From Candidatus Bathyarchaeia archaeon (GTDB lineage Archaea > Thermoproteota > Bathyarchaeia > Bathyarchaeales > Bathycorpusculaceae), in contig JAWBXD010000001.1 of NCBI GenBank assembly GCA_038868055.1, positions 10,425 through 74,424 on the forward strand: a DNA stretch of 64,000 bases. The letters are read 5' to 3'. Under the pieces are notes generated by a model. The model worked only from the letters and a program-made list of their open reading frames with translations. It was not told the origin of the DNA and made no database searches. This document shows positions 17,969-27,555 of this stretch, piece after piece. Made by a program: the position numbers and the translations under genes. Position 1 is the stretch's first letter. Every line of letters begins with the position of its first letter.

Positions 17969-19618
17969 TTAGTCAAATTCTGAAGGCGATTCTTCTTTAG
18001 GCTTCTCCTTCTCTTTCTCCTTTTCCTTCTCGATACCCTTCGCGGCGATGACATCGTCGATTTTCAGTATCATGTTGGCCGCCTCAGTGGCGGACTTGAT
18101 AACTTGAAGCTTGACACGCAATGGTTCAACAATGTTTAGCTCCAGCATGTCCCTAATTTTGCCTGTGAAAACGTCTACGCCCATACGATAGCCATCAGCC
18201 TTTTCATGAGCAGCTCTCAGCGCCACCATAATGTCTACAGGGTCTAGGCCAGCGTTTTCGGCCAGGGTCAACGGTATAGACTCCACTGCGTCAGCAAACG
18301 CCTCTATAGCTAATTGCTCCCTTCCTCCGACCTTGACAGCGTAGTCTCTGAGTTGCTTGGCTACTTCGGCTTCTGGGGCGCCGCCGCCTGGCACAATTTT
18401 TCCATCTTCGATGGCGTTTCTGACCACGCAAAGCGCGTCGTGTAGTGAGCGTTCAGCCTCGTCGACCACGTGTTCTGTTCCGCCACGGACCACCATTGTG
18501 ACGGCTTTTGGATTCTTGCATTCACGAACATAAACCAGTTTGTCGTCGCCTATTTTGACTTCTTCAACGAGTTTGGCTTCGCCAAGCAAATCTGGCGTTA
18601 GGTCTTTAACGCTTGCCACAATTTTGCCGCCCGTTGCCCTTGCCAGCTTCTCCATGTCGCTGCTGCTCACGTTTTTAACCGCCAGTATACCTCTCTTAGC
18701 CAAGAAGTGCAGTGCCACGTCGTCTATGCCTTTCTCGCAGAACACCACGTTGGCGCCAGCCTCGGCAATCTTGTCAACCATCTCTTTGAGCATGCGTTCC
18801 TCTTCGTCTAGGAACATCTTCATTTGTTCTGGGCTTTCAATATCGATTTTGGCGTCAAACTCTGTCTTTTCAATCTCCAGTTTTGCGTTCAGCAGGGCGA
18901 TTTTCGCGTTATGCACAATCTTCGGCATCTGCGGATGGGCAACCTCTTTGTCGAGGACCATGCCTTTGACAAGTTCTGTTTCCTCTAGGCTTTTGCCATG
19001 CTTCTTCAAAATCTTGATGAGGTCAATGTCCGCCCTGATTTTTCCGTCCTTCTCCTCAGCCACTTGTTTAACGGCTTCAACAGCCAGTTTCGCGAAGTGC
19101 TCTTTGGCTGCTGCTATACCCTTGCTTCCCATGGCGGTCATGGCAACATCCAAAAGCTTTTTGTCGTCGTTGATGTTCACTGAGATGGATATTTTCTCCA
19201 AAATTTCGCGGGCTTTTTCGCTGGCTTTCTTGAAGCCCTCAATTATTATCGTAGGGTGAATGTTCTGGTCTAATAGCTCTTCAGCTTTAGCGAGAAGCTC
19301 ACCAGTTAAAACGGCGGCTGTTGTTGTTCCATCGCCCACTTCATTGTCTTGAGCTTTAGCCACTTCCACAAGCATTTTTGCCGCGGGATGCTGAACATCT
19401 ATCTCTTTAAGGATGGTTGCACCGTCATTGGTTATTGTGACGTCGCCGAAGCTGCTGACGAGCATTTTATCCATACCCTTCGGACCAAGAGTTGTCTTCA
19501 CTAGTTCAGCGACAATTTTCGCCGCCGCAATATTGTTCCTTTGAGCTTCTCTGCCAGTCGTCCTACCTGTCCCCTCTTTCAATATCAGAACTGGCACCGT
19601 TCCAGGTACAGCCGTCAT
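17969..19618 (-). CDS. ths: Thermosome (group II chaperonin) subunit, complete
   Basis: 549 aa. [17 protein letters not shown] and VPGGGAPE, with a C-terminal KEKEKEKEK tail. Confidence 0.95.
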   Translation of the reverse strand: MTAVPGTVPVLILKEGTGRTTGREAQRNNIAAAKIVAELVKTTLGPKGMDKMLVSSFGDVTITNDGATILKEIDVQHPAAKMLVEVAKAQDNEVGDGTTTAAVLTGELLAKAEELLDQNIHPTIIIEGFKKASEKAREILEKISISVNINDDKKLLDVAMTAMGSKGIAAAKEHFAKLAVEAVKQVAEEKDGKIRADIDLIKILKKHGKSLEETELVKGMVLDKEVAHPQMPKIVHNAKIALLNAKLEIEKTEFDAKIDIESPEQMKMFLDEEERMLKEMVDKIAEAGANVVFCEKGIDDVALHFLAKRGILAVKNVSSSDMEKLARATGGKIVASVKDLTPDLLGEAKLVEEVKIGDDKLVYVRECKNPKAVTMVVRGGTEHVVDEAERSLHDALCVVRNAIEDGKIVPGGGAPEAEVAKQLRDYAVKVGGREQLAIEAFADAVESIPLTLAENAGLDPVDIMVALRAAHEKADGYRMGVDVFTGKIRDMLELNIVEPLRVKLQVIKSATEAANMILKIDDVIAAKGIEKEKEKEKEKPKEESPSEFD

Positions 19619-19691
19619 ACAACTTCACCCCTTTCATCCGGTGTGAATTTGAAGCAAAATCACACGAAAAGATGCTTCTATATAAATTTTT

Positions 19692-20756
19692 CTAGTCGCC
19701 TACTTTGACAATTCTATAGCCAGAAGCCCTTCTAAGCCTATTCATAACCGCCAAACCAAGCCCCTTCAGGGGCACGCTCTCAGCAATTATGACGTCGACC
19801 CCTTCCGCGTCAAACTCCCTTAAAAGCCTAAACAAGTTTCTGGCGGCATCTTCGAGACGGCCGCGGCTTCCAAGGGACTTAACAACATCTGCCTTATACG
19901 AAGCGACGGTTTCATCAGTGGCTAAAACACCTACCCTTTCCTTCCTTCGCCTATAATAGTCCGTTAGCTCAGCAACCTTCTTCACAACAGCTTCTAAACC
20001 GCCTTCAACGACGACAACTTTCGCCTTGGGCGCGTAATGTCTATGCTTCATTCCCGGAGAACGCGCCCTATCAACGTGCACTTTCACGTCGGCAACTGCC
20101 ACGGGGTGAAGTTCAACCTTTTCGAGAACACTTTTGAGCACTTCATAGGGAACCCCTCCCGGACGAAGAATCTGTGGCGGGTCAACGGTTAAATCTAGAA
20201 CTGTTGATTCCACGCCGATGCTTGTAGGTCCGGCGTCCAAAACGACGTCTATGCGGCCATTAAGGTCTTCCAGCACATGTTGAGCTGTTGTTGGGCTTGG
20301 TCTTCCAGCGAGGTTTGCACTTGGAGCAGCAATGGGGCAACCGCTTTCTCTTATGAGGGCTAAGGCTACATTATGCCGAGGCATCCTAATCGCAATGGTG
20401 TCCAAGCCGGAAACAGTTATGTCCGGAACGATTTCTGAACGCTTAAAAATTAGGGTTAACGGCCCGGGCCAAAACTTGTCCATAAGTTTTTCAGCTTCGG
20501 ATGGAACTTCTTTCACCAGTCTGTAAACTTCTTGGATGTCTCCCACATGTACTATTGGAGGGTTGTCAAGCGGTCTTCTCTTGGCTTTAAAGAGGGCTTT
20601 TACCGCTTTCTGGTTAAGTGCGTTGGCACCCAGCCCGTAAACGGTTTCCGTTGGGAAAGCGACGAGCCCACCACTCTTGATTATACCTGCTGCTATACGA
20701 ATGATTTCCATCTCTGGTTTTTCGGGGTTAACTTTAAACGTTAACGTTTGCTTCAT
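19692..20756 (-). CDS. sua5: L-threonylcarbamoyladenylate synthase Sua5 (YrdC plus Sua5 domains)
   Basis: 354 aa. YrdC core FPTETVYGLGANA, KRRPLDNP and SANLAGRPSPT, plus a C-terminal Sua5 domain. Confidence 0.9.
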   Translation of the reverse strand: MKQTLTFKVNPEKPEMEIIRIAAGIIKSGGLVAFPTETVYGLGANALNQKAVKALFKAKRRPLDNPPIVHVGDIQEVYRLVKEVPSEAEKLMDKFWPGPLTLIFKRSEIVPDITVSGLDTIAIRMPRHNVALALIRESGCPIAAPSANLAGRPSPTTAQHVLEDLNGRIDVVLDAGPTSIGVESTVLDLTVDPPQILRPGGVPYEVLKSVLEKVELHPVAVADVKVHVDRARSPGMKHRHYAPKAKVVVVEGGLEAVVKKVAELTDYYRRRKERVGVLATDETVASYKADVVKSLGSRGRLEDAARNLFRLLREFDAEGVDVIIAESVPLKGLGLAVMNRLRRASGYRIVKVGD

Positions 20757-20873
20757 TGCTTTCCGGCTTCTCTCTAGCGTGTTATTTGAGCTGAAGCGCT
20801 ATTTAGGAATACCATTCTGTTTTATTTTAACCCGATTTCAAAATGTTGAAGAAACGGGAAGTGAGTGTTTTAA

Positions 20874-21407
20874 TCAAACAATGTAGTAGTCCATGACTTT
20901 TTTCATGCTTTTTGGTGGGGTTTGCCTCATGGCAAGCTGCTTTAGTATTTTTATCATTTGTGGTTGGAAGCGGGCTATGTCCGTCAAGCTTACAAGCCCC
21001 ACGAGGCGTTTGCCCTCCACAACCGGCAATTTCTTTATCTTCATTTGAAACATTAGTTTCACCGCTTCTTCTAAATCGAGGTTTGGCTCCACAACCACCA
21101 GCGGGCTTGACATAACATCTTTAACCTTTGTTTTGTTTACGTCTTTTGCCTCGGCTACGACACGCTTTAATAGGTCTCTTTCAGTAATTATTCCAACGGC
21201 TTTGCCTTTTCTCACGGCGATCAAGCAGCCAATCTCAAATTTGTTCATGACTTCTGCCGCTTCTTTTACGGTTGCGTTTTCGTCGATGGTTATTACTTCC
21301 CGCACCATAACATCTTCAACTTTTAACGTGATTCCGGTTTTACCCTCACCGCATTCTTCTTCGTTGTTGTCTTCGGCTGGCAACAAGGCCCCCAATTTAT
21401 GTTTCAA
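20874..21407 (-). CDS. CBS-domain pair protein
   Basis: Two CBS repeats (VEDVMVREVITID... and VKDVMSSPLVVVEP...LPVV...LVGLVSLTDI). Confidence 0.8.
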   Translation of the reverse strand: MKHKLGALLPAEDNNEEECGEGKTGITLKVEDVMVREVITIDENATVKEAAEVMNKFEIGCLIAVRKGKAVGIITERDLLKRVVAEAKDVNKTKVKDVMSSPLVVVEPNLDLEEAVKLMFQMKIKKLPVVEGKRLVGLVSLTDIARFQPQMIKILKQLAMRQTPPKSMKKVMDYYIV

Positions 21408-21441
21408 TGCCGCTTATATATAACTTGATGTGCAAAGGTAT

Positions 21442-22788
21442 TCAGACATTGAAAGCGCAGAGTTTCTGTATAAGTTCCTCGACACGTTTGGTTGCTGGAA
21501 TTCTTGCCTTTTCAAACTTCTCCTTGGGCTTTGATAATGGTCTGGTTGCGTCTATGCCCATCTTGCTTGTTAAACCAGTTTCCTGGTCAGCTGAAGAGTC
21601 TAAAGTGGAGCCCCTTGCATTTTCAATCACCAGCAAGTCTTCACCGGCTTGGAACCTTGTCGCTATGGCCCACTCCACCTCTGTTAAATCATAAACGTCA
21701 ATGTCCGGATCCACAACCACAGCATGTTTTAGGCTTGGATGCGCAGCAAAAGCCGCCAATAAAGCGTTTTTCGCATCCCCGTTCAATTGTTTTTCAATGG
21801 ATATGATTGCGTGAAGCCACCCGCTTCCGCCTATCGAGAGGTTTACGGCGCAAACTTTTGGCACAACTTTCGAGACAGCCTCGTAAATCGCAGCCTCGAA
21901 GGGAAGCCCCATCAGAAGCTTATGTTCGGTTCCGGAGGGCAGAAGCGCTTGATAAATGTAATCTTTACGGTGCATGACATTGACAACTTCCACCACTGGC
22001 TGTTTTCTTTGGATATCGTATGTTCCAGTTATGTCCACGAATGGTCCTTCCAGCGTGTCCTTGCTTGCAGAAATTCTGCCTTCTAAGACGAGTTCGGCAT
22101 CCGCCGGGGCGTACGCGTCCACATACTTGCATTTGATTAAGCGTAGTTGATCGTTTAACAACGCGTTTGCCACATCAAATTCGCAAACTCCAAATGGTGG
22201 AGATGATGATGCTGCCAGCATAACGGCGGGATGAACACCTATAGCAATGGCTATGTCCAAGTCCGTTTCCGCCTCCTTTGCCATGTTCCAAAGTTTATAG
22301 AGGTGTCGTGGAACAAGCCTAATCGCTAAATGCTTTTCATCTAGAACTTGCATTCTGTGAACGGAAACATTTTCGATGACTCCGTCCAAGCTTTTAGCGT
22401 GAACAACCGCCGCCGTGATATACGGACCAGCATCTTTTTCAAAGTGGGTTAAAACCGGAATTTTAAGCAAGTCTGGCTCTTCCACAACCTCCTTTACAGG
22501 TCCATCGTCTACAATTTTTGGCTTTCTAGGTGAACGCCATGCATCTAAAAGTCTTCGGTAAAGTTGTTCTTGGCTTGTGTTGATGGCTTCACAGATGCGT
22601 CTTCTAGTTCCGCAAACGTTTGCCACCACACGAGTTTCAACCCCCTCCACATTTTCAAATAAAAGCACTGGCCCGTTATCGAAGCTTTTCATGATATAGG
22701 CGATTTCAAAGTTTGTGGAGACAGCATCCTTTATGTGAAGTACTTCTTTCTTCTCTTCCATCTGCTCCAGAAAACTTCTAAGGCTCAT
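21442..22788 (-). CDS. UbiD-family (prenyl-FMN dependent) decarboxylase
   Basis: 448 aa with UbiD-like blocks (GPYITAAVV, HRMQV, GVHP, GPFVDITGTYD). Could be the archaeal mevalonate-pathway anhydromevalonate-phosphate decarboxylase type, but the substrate cannot be told from the sequence. Confidence 0.8.
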   Translation of the reverse strand: MSLRSFLEQMEEKKEVLHIKDAVSTNFEIAYIMKSFDNGPVLLFENVEGVETRVVANVCGTRRRICEAINTSQEQLYRRLLDAWRSPRKPKIVDDGPVKEVVEEPDLLKIPVLTHFEKDAGPYITAAVVHAKSLDGVIENVSVHRMQVLDEKHLAIRLVPRHLYKLWNMAKEAETDLDIAIAIGVHPAVMLAASSSPPFGVCEFDVANALLNDQLRLIKCKYVDAYAPADAELVLEGRISASKDTLEGPFVDITGTYDIQRKQPVVEVVNVMHRKDYIYQALLPSGTEHKLLMGLPFEAAIYEAVSKVVPKVCAVNLSIGGSGWLHAIISIEKQLNGDAKNALLAAFAAHPSLKHAVVVDPDIDVYDLTEVEWAIATRFQAGEDLLVIENARGSTLDSSADQETGLTSKMGIDATRPLSKPKEKFEKARIPATKRVEELIQKLCAFNV

Positions 22789-23156
22789 AGCAGGCTTCCT
22801 CCAGTTTCTGGTTCCGCCAAAGTAACCTTTTCCAGAAGTTTCTTGAAAATTGACTGGGCTTGCAGTTCGCTAATGGTTTCAAGGTATATGGAAACAAGCG
22901 CTATTTTCCTCTTCTTCAAAGCGACATACTCGGCGAACATGCGGGCTGAAATCATGTTTCTGTCTCCTAAAAGAACCGTTGAGGAGGGCAGTCCGGGCGT
23001 GTCCGCTGGTTTTGGAATGGCTACCGCCAAAGTTCCAAGCCTATCTTCGTTTTCGCTCAAAAGCACAAGGCAAGCGTTTTTTGTTTCGAGGTAAACAGCC
23101 AAAAAACGCATGTTCTGTTCAACTATTTCGTCTTTAACAACCTTAGCCCGCTCCAT
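22785..23156 (-). CDS. Conserved hypothetical protein, translationally coupled to the UbiD gene; weak resemblance to proteasome assembly chaperone PAC4-type proteins
   Basis: 123 aa with a 4-nt overlap onto the UbiD start. The block LGTLAVAIP...SSTVLLGDRNMISARMFAEYVALKKRKIALVSIYL resembles the PSMG4/PAC4 core as I recall it. The functional call is tentative. Confidence 0.5.
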   Translation of the reverse strand: MERAKVVKDEIVEQNMRFLAVYLETKNACLVLLSENEDRLGTLAVAIPKPADTPGLPSSTVLLGDRNMISARMFAEYVALKKRKIALVSIYLETISELQAQSIFKKLLEKVTLAEPETGGSLL

Positions 23157-23231
23157 AAAGAGCTCTCCGTTTCATATTTATAGCTTAACACATTCACTAT
23201 TTATCACTTTCAAAGGGGCGCCGTTTCCAAA

Positions 23232-23900
23232 ATGGTGACAGTAAATGACAAGGCTAGAGCGCAAAAAATTCTGCAAAAGCTTAGGGAAAGCTTCACCATG
23301 CCCGAGTGGATTTCATCAAAACAAGATCCCTTTGAAACTCTGATCATAACAATAATTTCGCAGAACACTTCAGACAGAAACACCGAAAAAGCCTTCCATA
23401 ACCTTTCCCACCGGTTTCCAATAACGCCAGAAGCCTTGGCGAGGGCGAAAACTTCAGAAATTGAAAAGTGCCTTAAAGTAGCTGGCTTGTATAGAAACAA
23501 GGCTAAAGTGATAAAGGAAATTTCAAAGACAATTCTTGAGAAGTTCGGCGGAAGCCTGAAGCCCGTACTGGCCATGCCCTTCGAAGAAGCGAGGAAAATG
23601 TTGCTGCAGTTGCCGGGTGTTGGACCAAAAACTGCTGACGTGCTTCTCCTTTTCTCGGCAAATCAGCCAACGGTACCCGTTGACACCCATGTCAAACGAG
23701 TTTCAAAAAGGCTTGGTCTTGCCCCCAAAGAAGGCGACTACGAGGATGTTCGCAGTGCCCTCCAGCTTTTGTACGAGCCAAAAGACTACTTGGATGTTCA
23801 CATACTGCTAATTTTGCTTGGAAGAAAATATTGTAAGGCTGCAAAACCCTTGTGTGAACTTTGTCCAGTAAGTATTTTCTGTCCATCAAAAAGAGGCTAA
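23232..23900 (+). CDS. nth: Endonuclease III (HhH-GPD DNA glycosylase/lyase with 4Fe-4S)
   Basis: HhH LPGVGPKTADVLL, catalytic D in VPVDTHV, C-terminal CX6CX2CX5C (CKAAKPLCELCPVSIFC). Confidence 0.92.
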   Translation: MVTVNDKARAQKILQKLRESFTMPEWISSKQDPFETLIITIISQNTSDRNTEKAFHNLSHRFPITPEALARAKTSEIEKCLKVAGLYRNKAKVIKEISKTILEKFGGSLKPVLAMPFEEARKMLLQLPGVGPKTADVLLLFSANQPTVPVDTHVKRVSKRLGLAPKEGDYEDVRSALQLLYEPKDYLDVHILLILLGRKYCKAAKPLCELCPVSIFCPSKRG

Positions 23901-23907
23901 ATCTACA

Positions 23908-25206
23908 CTATGGGGGTTTCGCTTCTTCTTGTAAAACAGGGACTTCCCGCAGATTCTTGTCCAATCTAACTTTTCCAACGACAATTGTGGATATGCCGCT
24001 GGAAACAGGTGTATAAATTTTTAGGACCTTTCTAATGTAGTCTATCTCCCGCAGTACACCCACTCCCAAAAATTTTCCCTCTCCATTATACAGGGCTGCT
24101 AATAGTCCCTCTTCGTCTCCCTTCCATGCCACTACAACTTTCTTCCCCAGTGTTTCTTCAGTGTTTCTGATTTTCTCTAGGTCTATCCACCTGCCTTTCC
24201 CAACGACCACGTAGATTTTGTCTTTTAACTCTGCAATGTGGAGAGGTTTCATCCCTAGAAGGTCGCATATCTCTCTTTCCCGTTTACTCATTCCAAAAGC
24301 CCTGTTTAAGCTTTTTAACTCGTCGTCATCACTTTCAATTTTTACCCAACTTACCGGTATGGACTGCACTTTAGCGCCCTTCAGGTATTTTATGTATCCC
24401 AACTCTCTTAGGCTTCTGCGTTTCTCGCGGTTTCGCTGTTTTATTGTCTGCGGAGATTCAACCATGAAAGTTTTGAAACCCCTGATGGCAGTGAAAAGAG
24501 GCGTTAAAACTTCATTCTGTTTAATGCAGAAAACTATGTCTGGAACAATTTTCTCGATAATTTGAAGCTTGTAGTTTATGGCGTCGGCGCCCTCCACCCA
24601 TCCATCAGTGTTTACGATGATATAGTCTGGGTTATGCTTCAGAATCTCCTTTCTAAGCGACAAAATTCCTTGAACAACTTTTTCCAACGCTCTGCTTGGC
24701 GACGTAACTCCCACGAAAAAAGCGTTTGCCGCTTCAAGATTAAATAAGTCCGTTAGGGGTTTTGAAACTACGGCATAAGCCACTGTACACGGCGGACCAA
24801 TATCAGACTGGCCTAGGTCCCCATCTAGAAGGGCAACTTTCCATCCATCTTTAACCAGCCTGTTCGTAAGGTATGTGCAAAAACTTGTTTTTCCAGAGTC
24901 CACGTTTCCAAGAACCAGCGCCGTGGAAGGTCTCTTCTCTGGGGCGGCTAGCTCTTTACATGCTTCCGCCCATGAAGATGGTATGGTGTCTCCGTCGACT
25001 TCTTCAACGTTGGCGTTTTCTCCAAGCGAGATGTCGAATGTGGCTTTTTCTTTGACATTGAAGGGCATGCGTTTTCCGTCTCTTATCACAACCTTGCCCA
25101 TCTGCCGCAAAGAAAAGCCGAAAACTTCAGCCGCCCCGGATACAAGCGTAACTGATGCTGGGCCGTCAACAAGCAAAGTTTTTCCAGCTTCTACCGTCAC
25201 TTTCAT
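23908..25206 (-). CDS. Clp1/Grc3-family polynucleotide 5'-hydroxyl kinase
   Basis: P-loop GNVDSGKTSF followed by DGDLGQSDIGPP. N-terminal beta domain (LLVDGPASVTLVSGAAEVFG). Confidence 0.8.
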   Translation of the reverse strand: MKVTVEAGKTLLVDGPASVTLVSGAAEVFGFSLRQMGKVVIRDGKRMPFNVKEKATFDISLGENANVEEVDGDTIPSSWAEACKELAAPEKRPSTALVLGNVDSGKTSFCTYLTNRLVKDGWKVALLDGDLGQSDIGPPCTVAYAVVSKPLTDLFNLEAANAFFVGVTSPSRALEKVVQGILSLRKEILKHNPDYIIVNTDGWVEGADAINYKLQIIEKIVPDIVFCIKQNEVLTPLFTAIRGFKTFMVESPQTIKQRNREKRRSLRELGYIKYLKGAKVQSIPVSWVKIESDDDELKSLNRAFGMSKREREICDLLGMKPLHIAELKDKIYVVVGKGRWIDLEKIRNTEETLGKKVVVAWKGDEEGLLAALYNGEGKFLGVGVLREIDYIRKVLKIYTPVSSGISTIVVGKVRLDKNLREVPVLQEEAKPP

Positions 25207-25843
25207 TCGTTTTCCCCCTAACGAATTTTTGCCCGTTTCTTTTTGCGATTTTTATTGCTGAAACTATATCTCTTATTCCCCTTCTATGTTTCGCCTCGCT
25301 TATGTGACGGTCTGTTCCTGCTTCGCTTACGCTTTCCAGCTCCACGTTTGGAGGCAGACGTTTATCCAAGGCCTTTAAAAGCTTTTCTTTATACTCTAGG
25401 ACACCGTTTCCAACTCTGACGGTGATGGCTGAAGCCTTAATGTTCTTAAAGCTTTTTATTATATTTTCTATCTCGTCAACAGTTTCTTTTATGCTAAAAC
25501 AGTTCCCAGTTCTAATAACTTTTCCGTCTGCCAAAACAGCTACTCCTAAAATCTCGCCAGGATCAACGCCTATTACAATTTTTTCATATGAGCTTTTTCC
25601 TTCCACAGATTGGAGAACTTGATTAAAAAAAGCCTGCAAGTCCTCATCCTCTTTGAATGTCAAAACGTTTTCATGGTTTATTAGAGGGCGTTCCTTCTCG
25701 GTTGTGATAACCACCTTTATTTCCATTGGCAATGGATCGTGAGGAGTTATGCTTATGAATGGTACACCCCGCTTTTTCAGCTCATCAACTATTAGGTAGT
25801 AGGCTTTTCCCGAAACTGTTGCCACCGCTATTTTTGCCTTCAT
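25166..25843 (-). CDS. Uncharacterised protein with an RNase H/RuvC-YqgF-like fold signature
   Basis: IVIGVDPGEILGVAVLADGKV (RuvC-type first-Asp strand) and C-terminal GIRDIVSAIKIA (compare RuvC HxxDAxAIA). ATG at 25843 lies 4 nt after GGAGG. 41-nt overlap with the Clp1-like gene. Confidence 0.55.
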   Translation of the reverse strand: MKAKIAVATVSGKAYYLIVDELKKRGVPFISITPHDPLPMEIKVVITTEKERPLINHENVLTFKEDEDLQAFFNQVLQSVEGKSSYEKIVIGVDPGEILGVAVLADGKVIRTGNCFSIKETVDEIENIIKSFKNIKASAITVRVGNGVLEYKEKLLKALDKRLPPNVELESVSEAGTDRHISEAKHRRGIRDIVSAIKIAKRNGQKFVRGKTNESDGRSWKNFAC

Positions 25844-25928
25844 GCCGCCTCCAATCATTAAACATGCTTTGACAACAAATTATTATTTCCGTTGTTTATA
25901 TCTCTTGATGTGCATTAAATTGGTACAA

Positions 25929-26615
25929 ATGATTTCAACAGGCTGCAAGGGGCTCGACGAGAAACTTGGGGGCGGGCTATCCGTTGGCAGCGTTAGTCTA
26001 GTTTACGGGGAGGCTGAAACTGCAAAGACAACTTTGGCTATCCAGTGTGCAGTGAACTGTGCTAGGATGGGAGCGAAGGTTTTGTTTGTGGACTGCGATG
26101 GGACTTTTTCTCCGAGAAGACTGTCCCAGATAGCTTCTGGGGATGTTGAAAAGGTTGCTGAAAACATAATTCTTGCAAAACCTAAAGATTTTAACGAACA
26201 AGCAACCCTTATATATCATTTAGCAAACTATTTGGTGAAAGATTTTTGCTTTACCGTTTTTGACACGATCACGTATCTCTACCGTTTGGAGGTTGCTGAG
26301 AAACCTGAAAAAGCGTTTGAATTAAACCGTGAATTGAACAGGCAGATGGCGTGGCTGGCGCAAATCGCAAAAACCCGCAAAGTGGCTGTTCTCGTGGTTA
26401 GCCAAGTGCGAAGCGCTTTTGAAGACAGCCAAGTGACCGTTGAACCCGTAGCTACAAGAGTGTTAAAGTTTTGGGCAGACGTCATAATCGCGTTAAAACC
26501 AACGGAAAGCCCAAAGGTCGTGGAGGCAGTTGTAGAGAAAGTAGGGAAAAGCCAGCACCAAGCTTCATGCCTAATGCAGATAAACTTAACTGGATTAAGC
26601 GACCTGACGGTGTAA
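25929..26615 (+). CDS. radB: RadB (RecA/RadA paralog) with a variant Walker A
   Basis: MISTGCKGLDEKLGGGL...VYGEAETAKTTLAIQ...VLFVDCDGTFSPRRL is colinear with Pyrococcus RadB as recalled. TATA-like TTTATATC lies about 30 nt upstream of the ATG at 25929 (near-leaderless). Confidence 0.8.
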   Translation: MISTGCKGLDEKLGGGLSVGSVSLVYGEAETAKTTLAIQCAVNCARMGAKVLFVDCDGTFSPRRLSQIASGDVEKVAENIILAKPKDFNEQATLIYHLANYLVKDFCFTVFDTITYLYRLEVAEKPEKAFELNRELNRQMAWLAQIAKTRKVAVLVVSQVRSAFEDSQVTVEPVATRVLKFWADVIIALKPTESPKVVEAVVEKVGKSQHQASCLMQINLTGLSDLTV

Positions 26616-27113
26616 ATGAGCATGCTTGTAAACCTAGTTTTAAATGCATTAAAATTCATTTTTCCCGCATACTGCGCCAACGCTGCACCAGTGCTTTTCG
26701 GCGGTGGACTACCGATAGATTTTGGAAAACAATTTTGTGATGGGAAGCCCATATTTGGAAAAAACAAGACATTTAAAGGCTTCTTCTCTGGACTCGCTAC
26801 AGGAACACTTGTTGGCGCGGCGGAATCCATCTTCTTTGAATATCCCCCATATTTTGGTTTTCTCCTTTCACTTGGCGCCTTAATCGGAGATTTAGCCGGA
26901 GCCTTTTTGAAAAGACGAATGGGAATTCCTCCCGGAGGAACATTACCCATTGTTGACCAAATCGACTTTGTACTCGGCGCCCTGATTTTCTCTATTCCCT
27001 TGAACATTCTTCATCCGGAACTTGTCGTCACCGTGCTTGTTGTGACACCGCCGTTGCACTTATTAACAAATTTCACAGCCTACAAAATGGGCTTGAAAAA
27101 CACGCCATGGTAG
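26616..27113 (+). CDS. carS: CDP-archaeol synthase (CarS, DUF46 family)
   Basis: 165 aa membrane protein. FPAYCANAAPVLFGGG.PIDFGK...DGKPIFGKNKTFKG and DLAGAFLKRR blocks. Starts on the nucleotide after the radB stop. Confidence 0.8.
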   Translation: MSMLVNLVLNALKFIFPAYCANAAPVLFGGGLPIDFGKQFCDGKPIFGKNKTFKGFFSGLATGTLVGAAESIFFEYPPYFGFLLSLGALIGDLAGAFLKRRMGIPPGGTLPIVDQIDFVLGALIFSIPLNILHPELVVTVLVVTPPLHLLTNFTAYKMGLKNTPW

Positions 27114-27123
27114 CTCTTTTGTG

Positions 27124-27555
27124 TTATGCACCTTTTGACTGCCGCAATACAGCCTCTATCGAAACATATGCAATTATGATAAGCATTACCCCGACAATGA
27201 GCATCATGTATGCTTGCCTAGGGTTTGAAGCATACTTTGTGCTCTGATACATTAAAAGAGCCCCAATTATCCCTAAAGCAAAGAGGGTTGTAGCGATAAG
27301 GCTGTCCCATATAAACTGATCTGACAAGTAGGGGTTGATAAATAAAAAGCCTATGCTTGGACTATAGTATGATGGCAAAGGCCTGGACACTAAATTGTAC
27401 AGGCCTCCGCCGAAGAGGAAGATAGCTATGGCTATGGCTGCAACTGCCAAGATAACGTTTGACGGCTTAAAAGTGGACAGCTTTCTGTAAAATTTACTAA
27501 GTGAATATGAGATCGACGAAAACATTCTTTTCGCTTTACGTGCCACTTTTTTCAC
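27124..27555 (-). CDS. Membrane protein (3-4 TM), unknown function
   Basis: 143 aa, basic N-terminus followed by hydrophobic helices. Overlaps the upstream Zn-knuckle ORF by 20 nt. Confidence 0.55.
   Translation of the reverse strand: MKKVARKAKRMFSSISYSLSKFYRKLSTFKPSNVILAVAAIAIAIFLFGGGLYNLVSRPLPSYYSPSIGFLFINPYLSDQFIWDSLIATTLFALGIIGALLMYQSTKYASNPRQAYMMLIVGVMLIIIAYVSIEAVLRQSKGA

Noticed and set aside
26279-27007. 242-aa minus-strand ORF
   Set aside because: It lies antisense across the radB/carS junction, has a Ser/Pro/Thr/Ala-rich composition and shows no motifs. Both sense genes are well supported.
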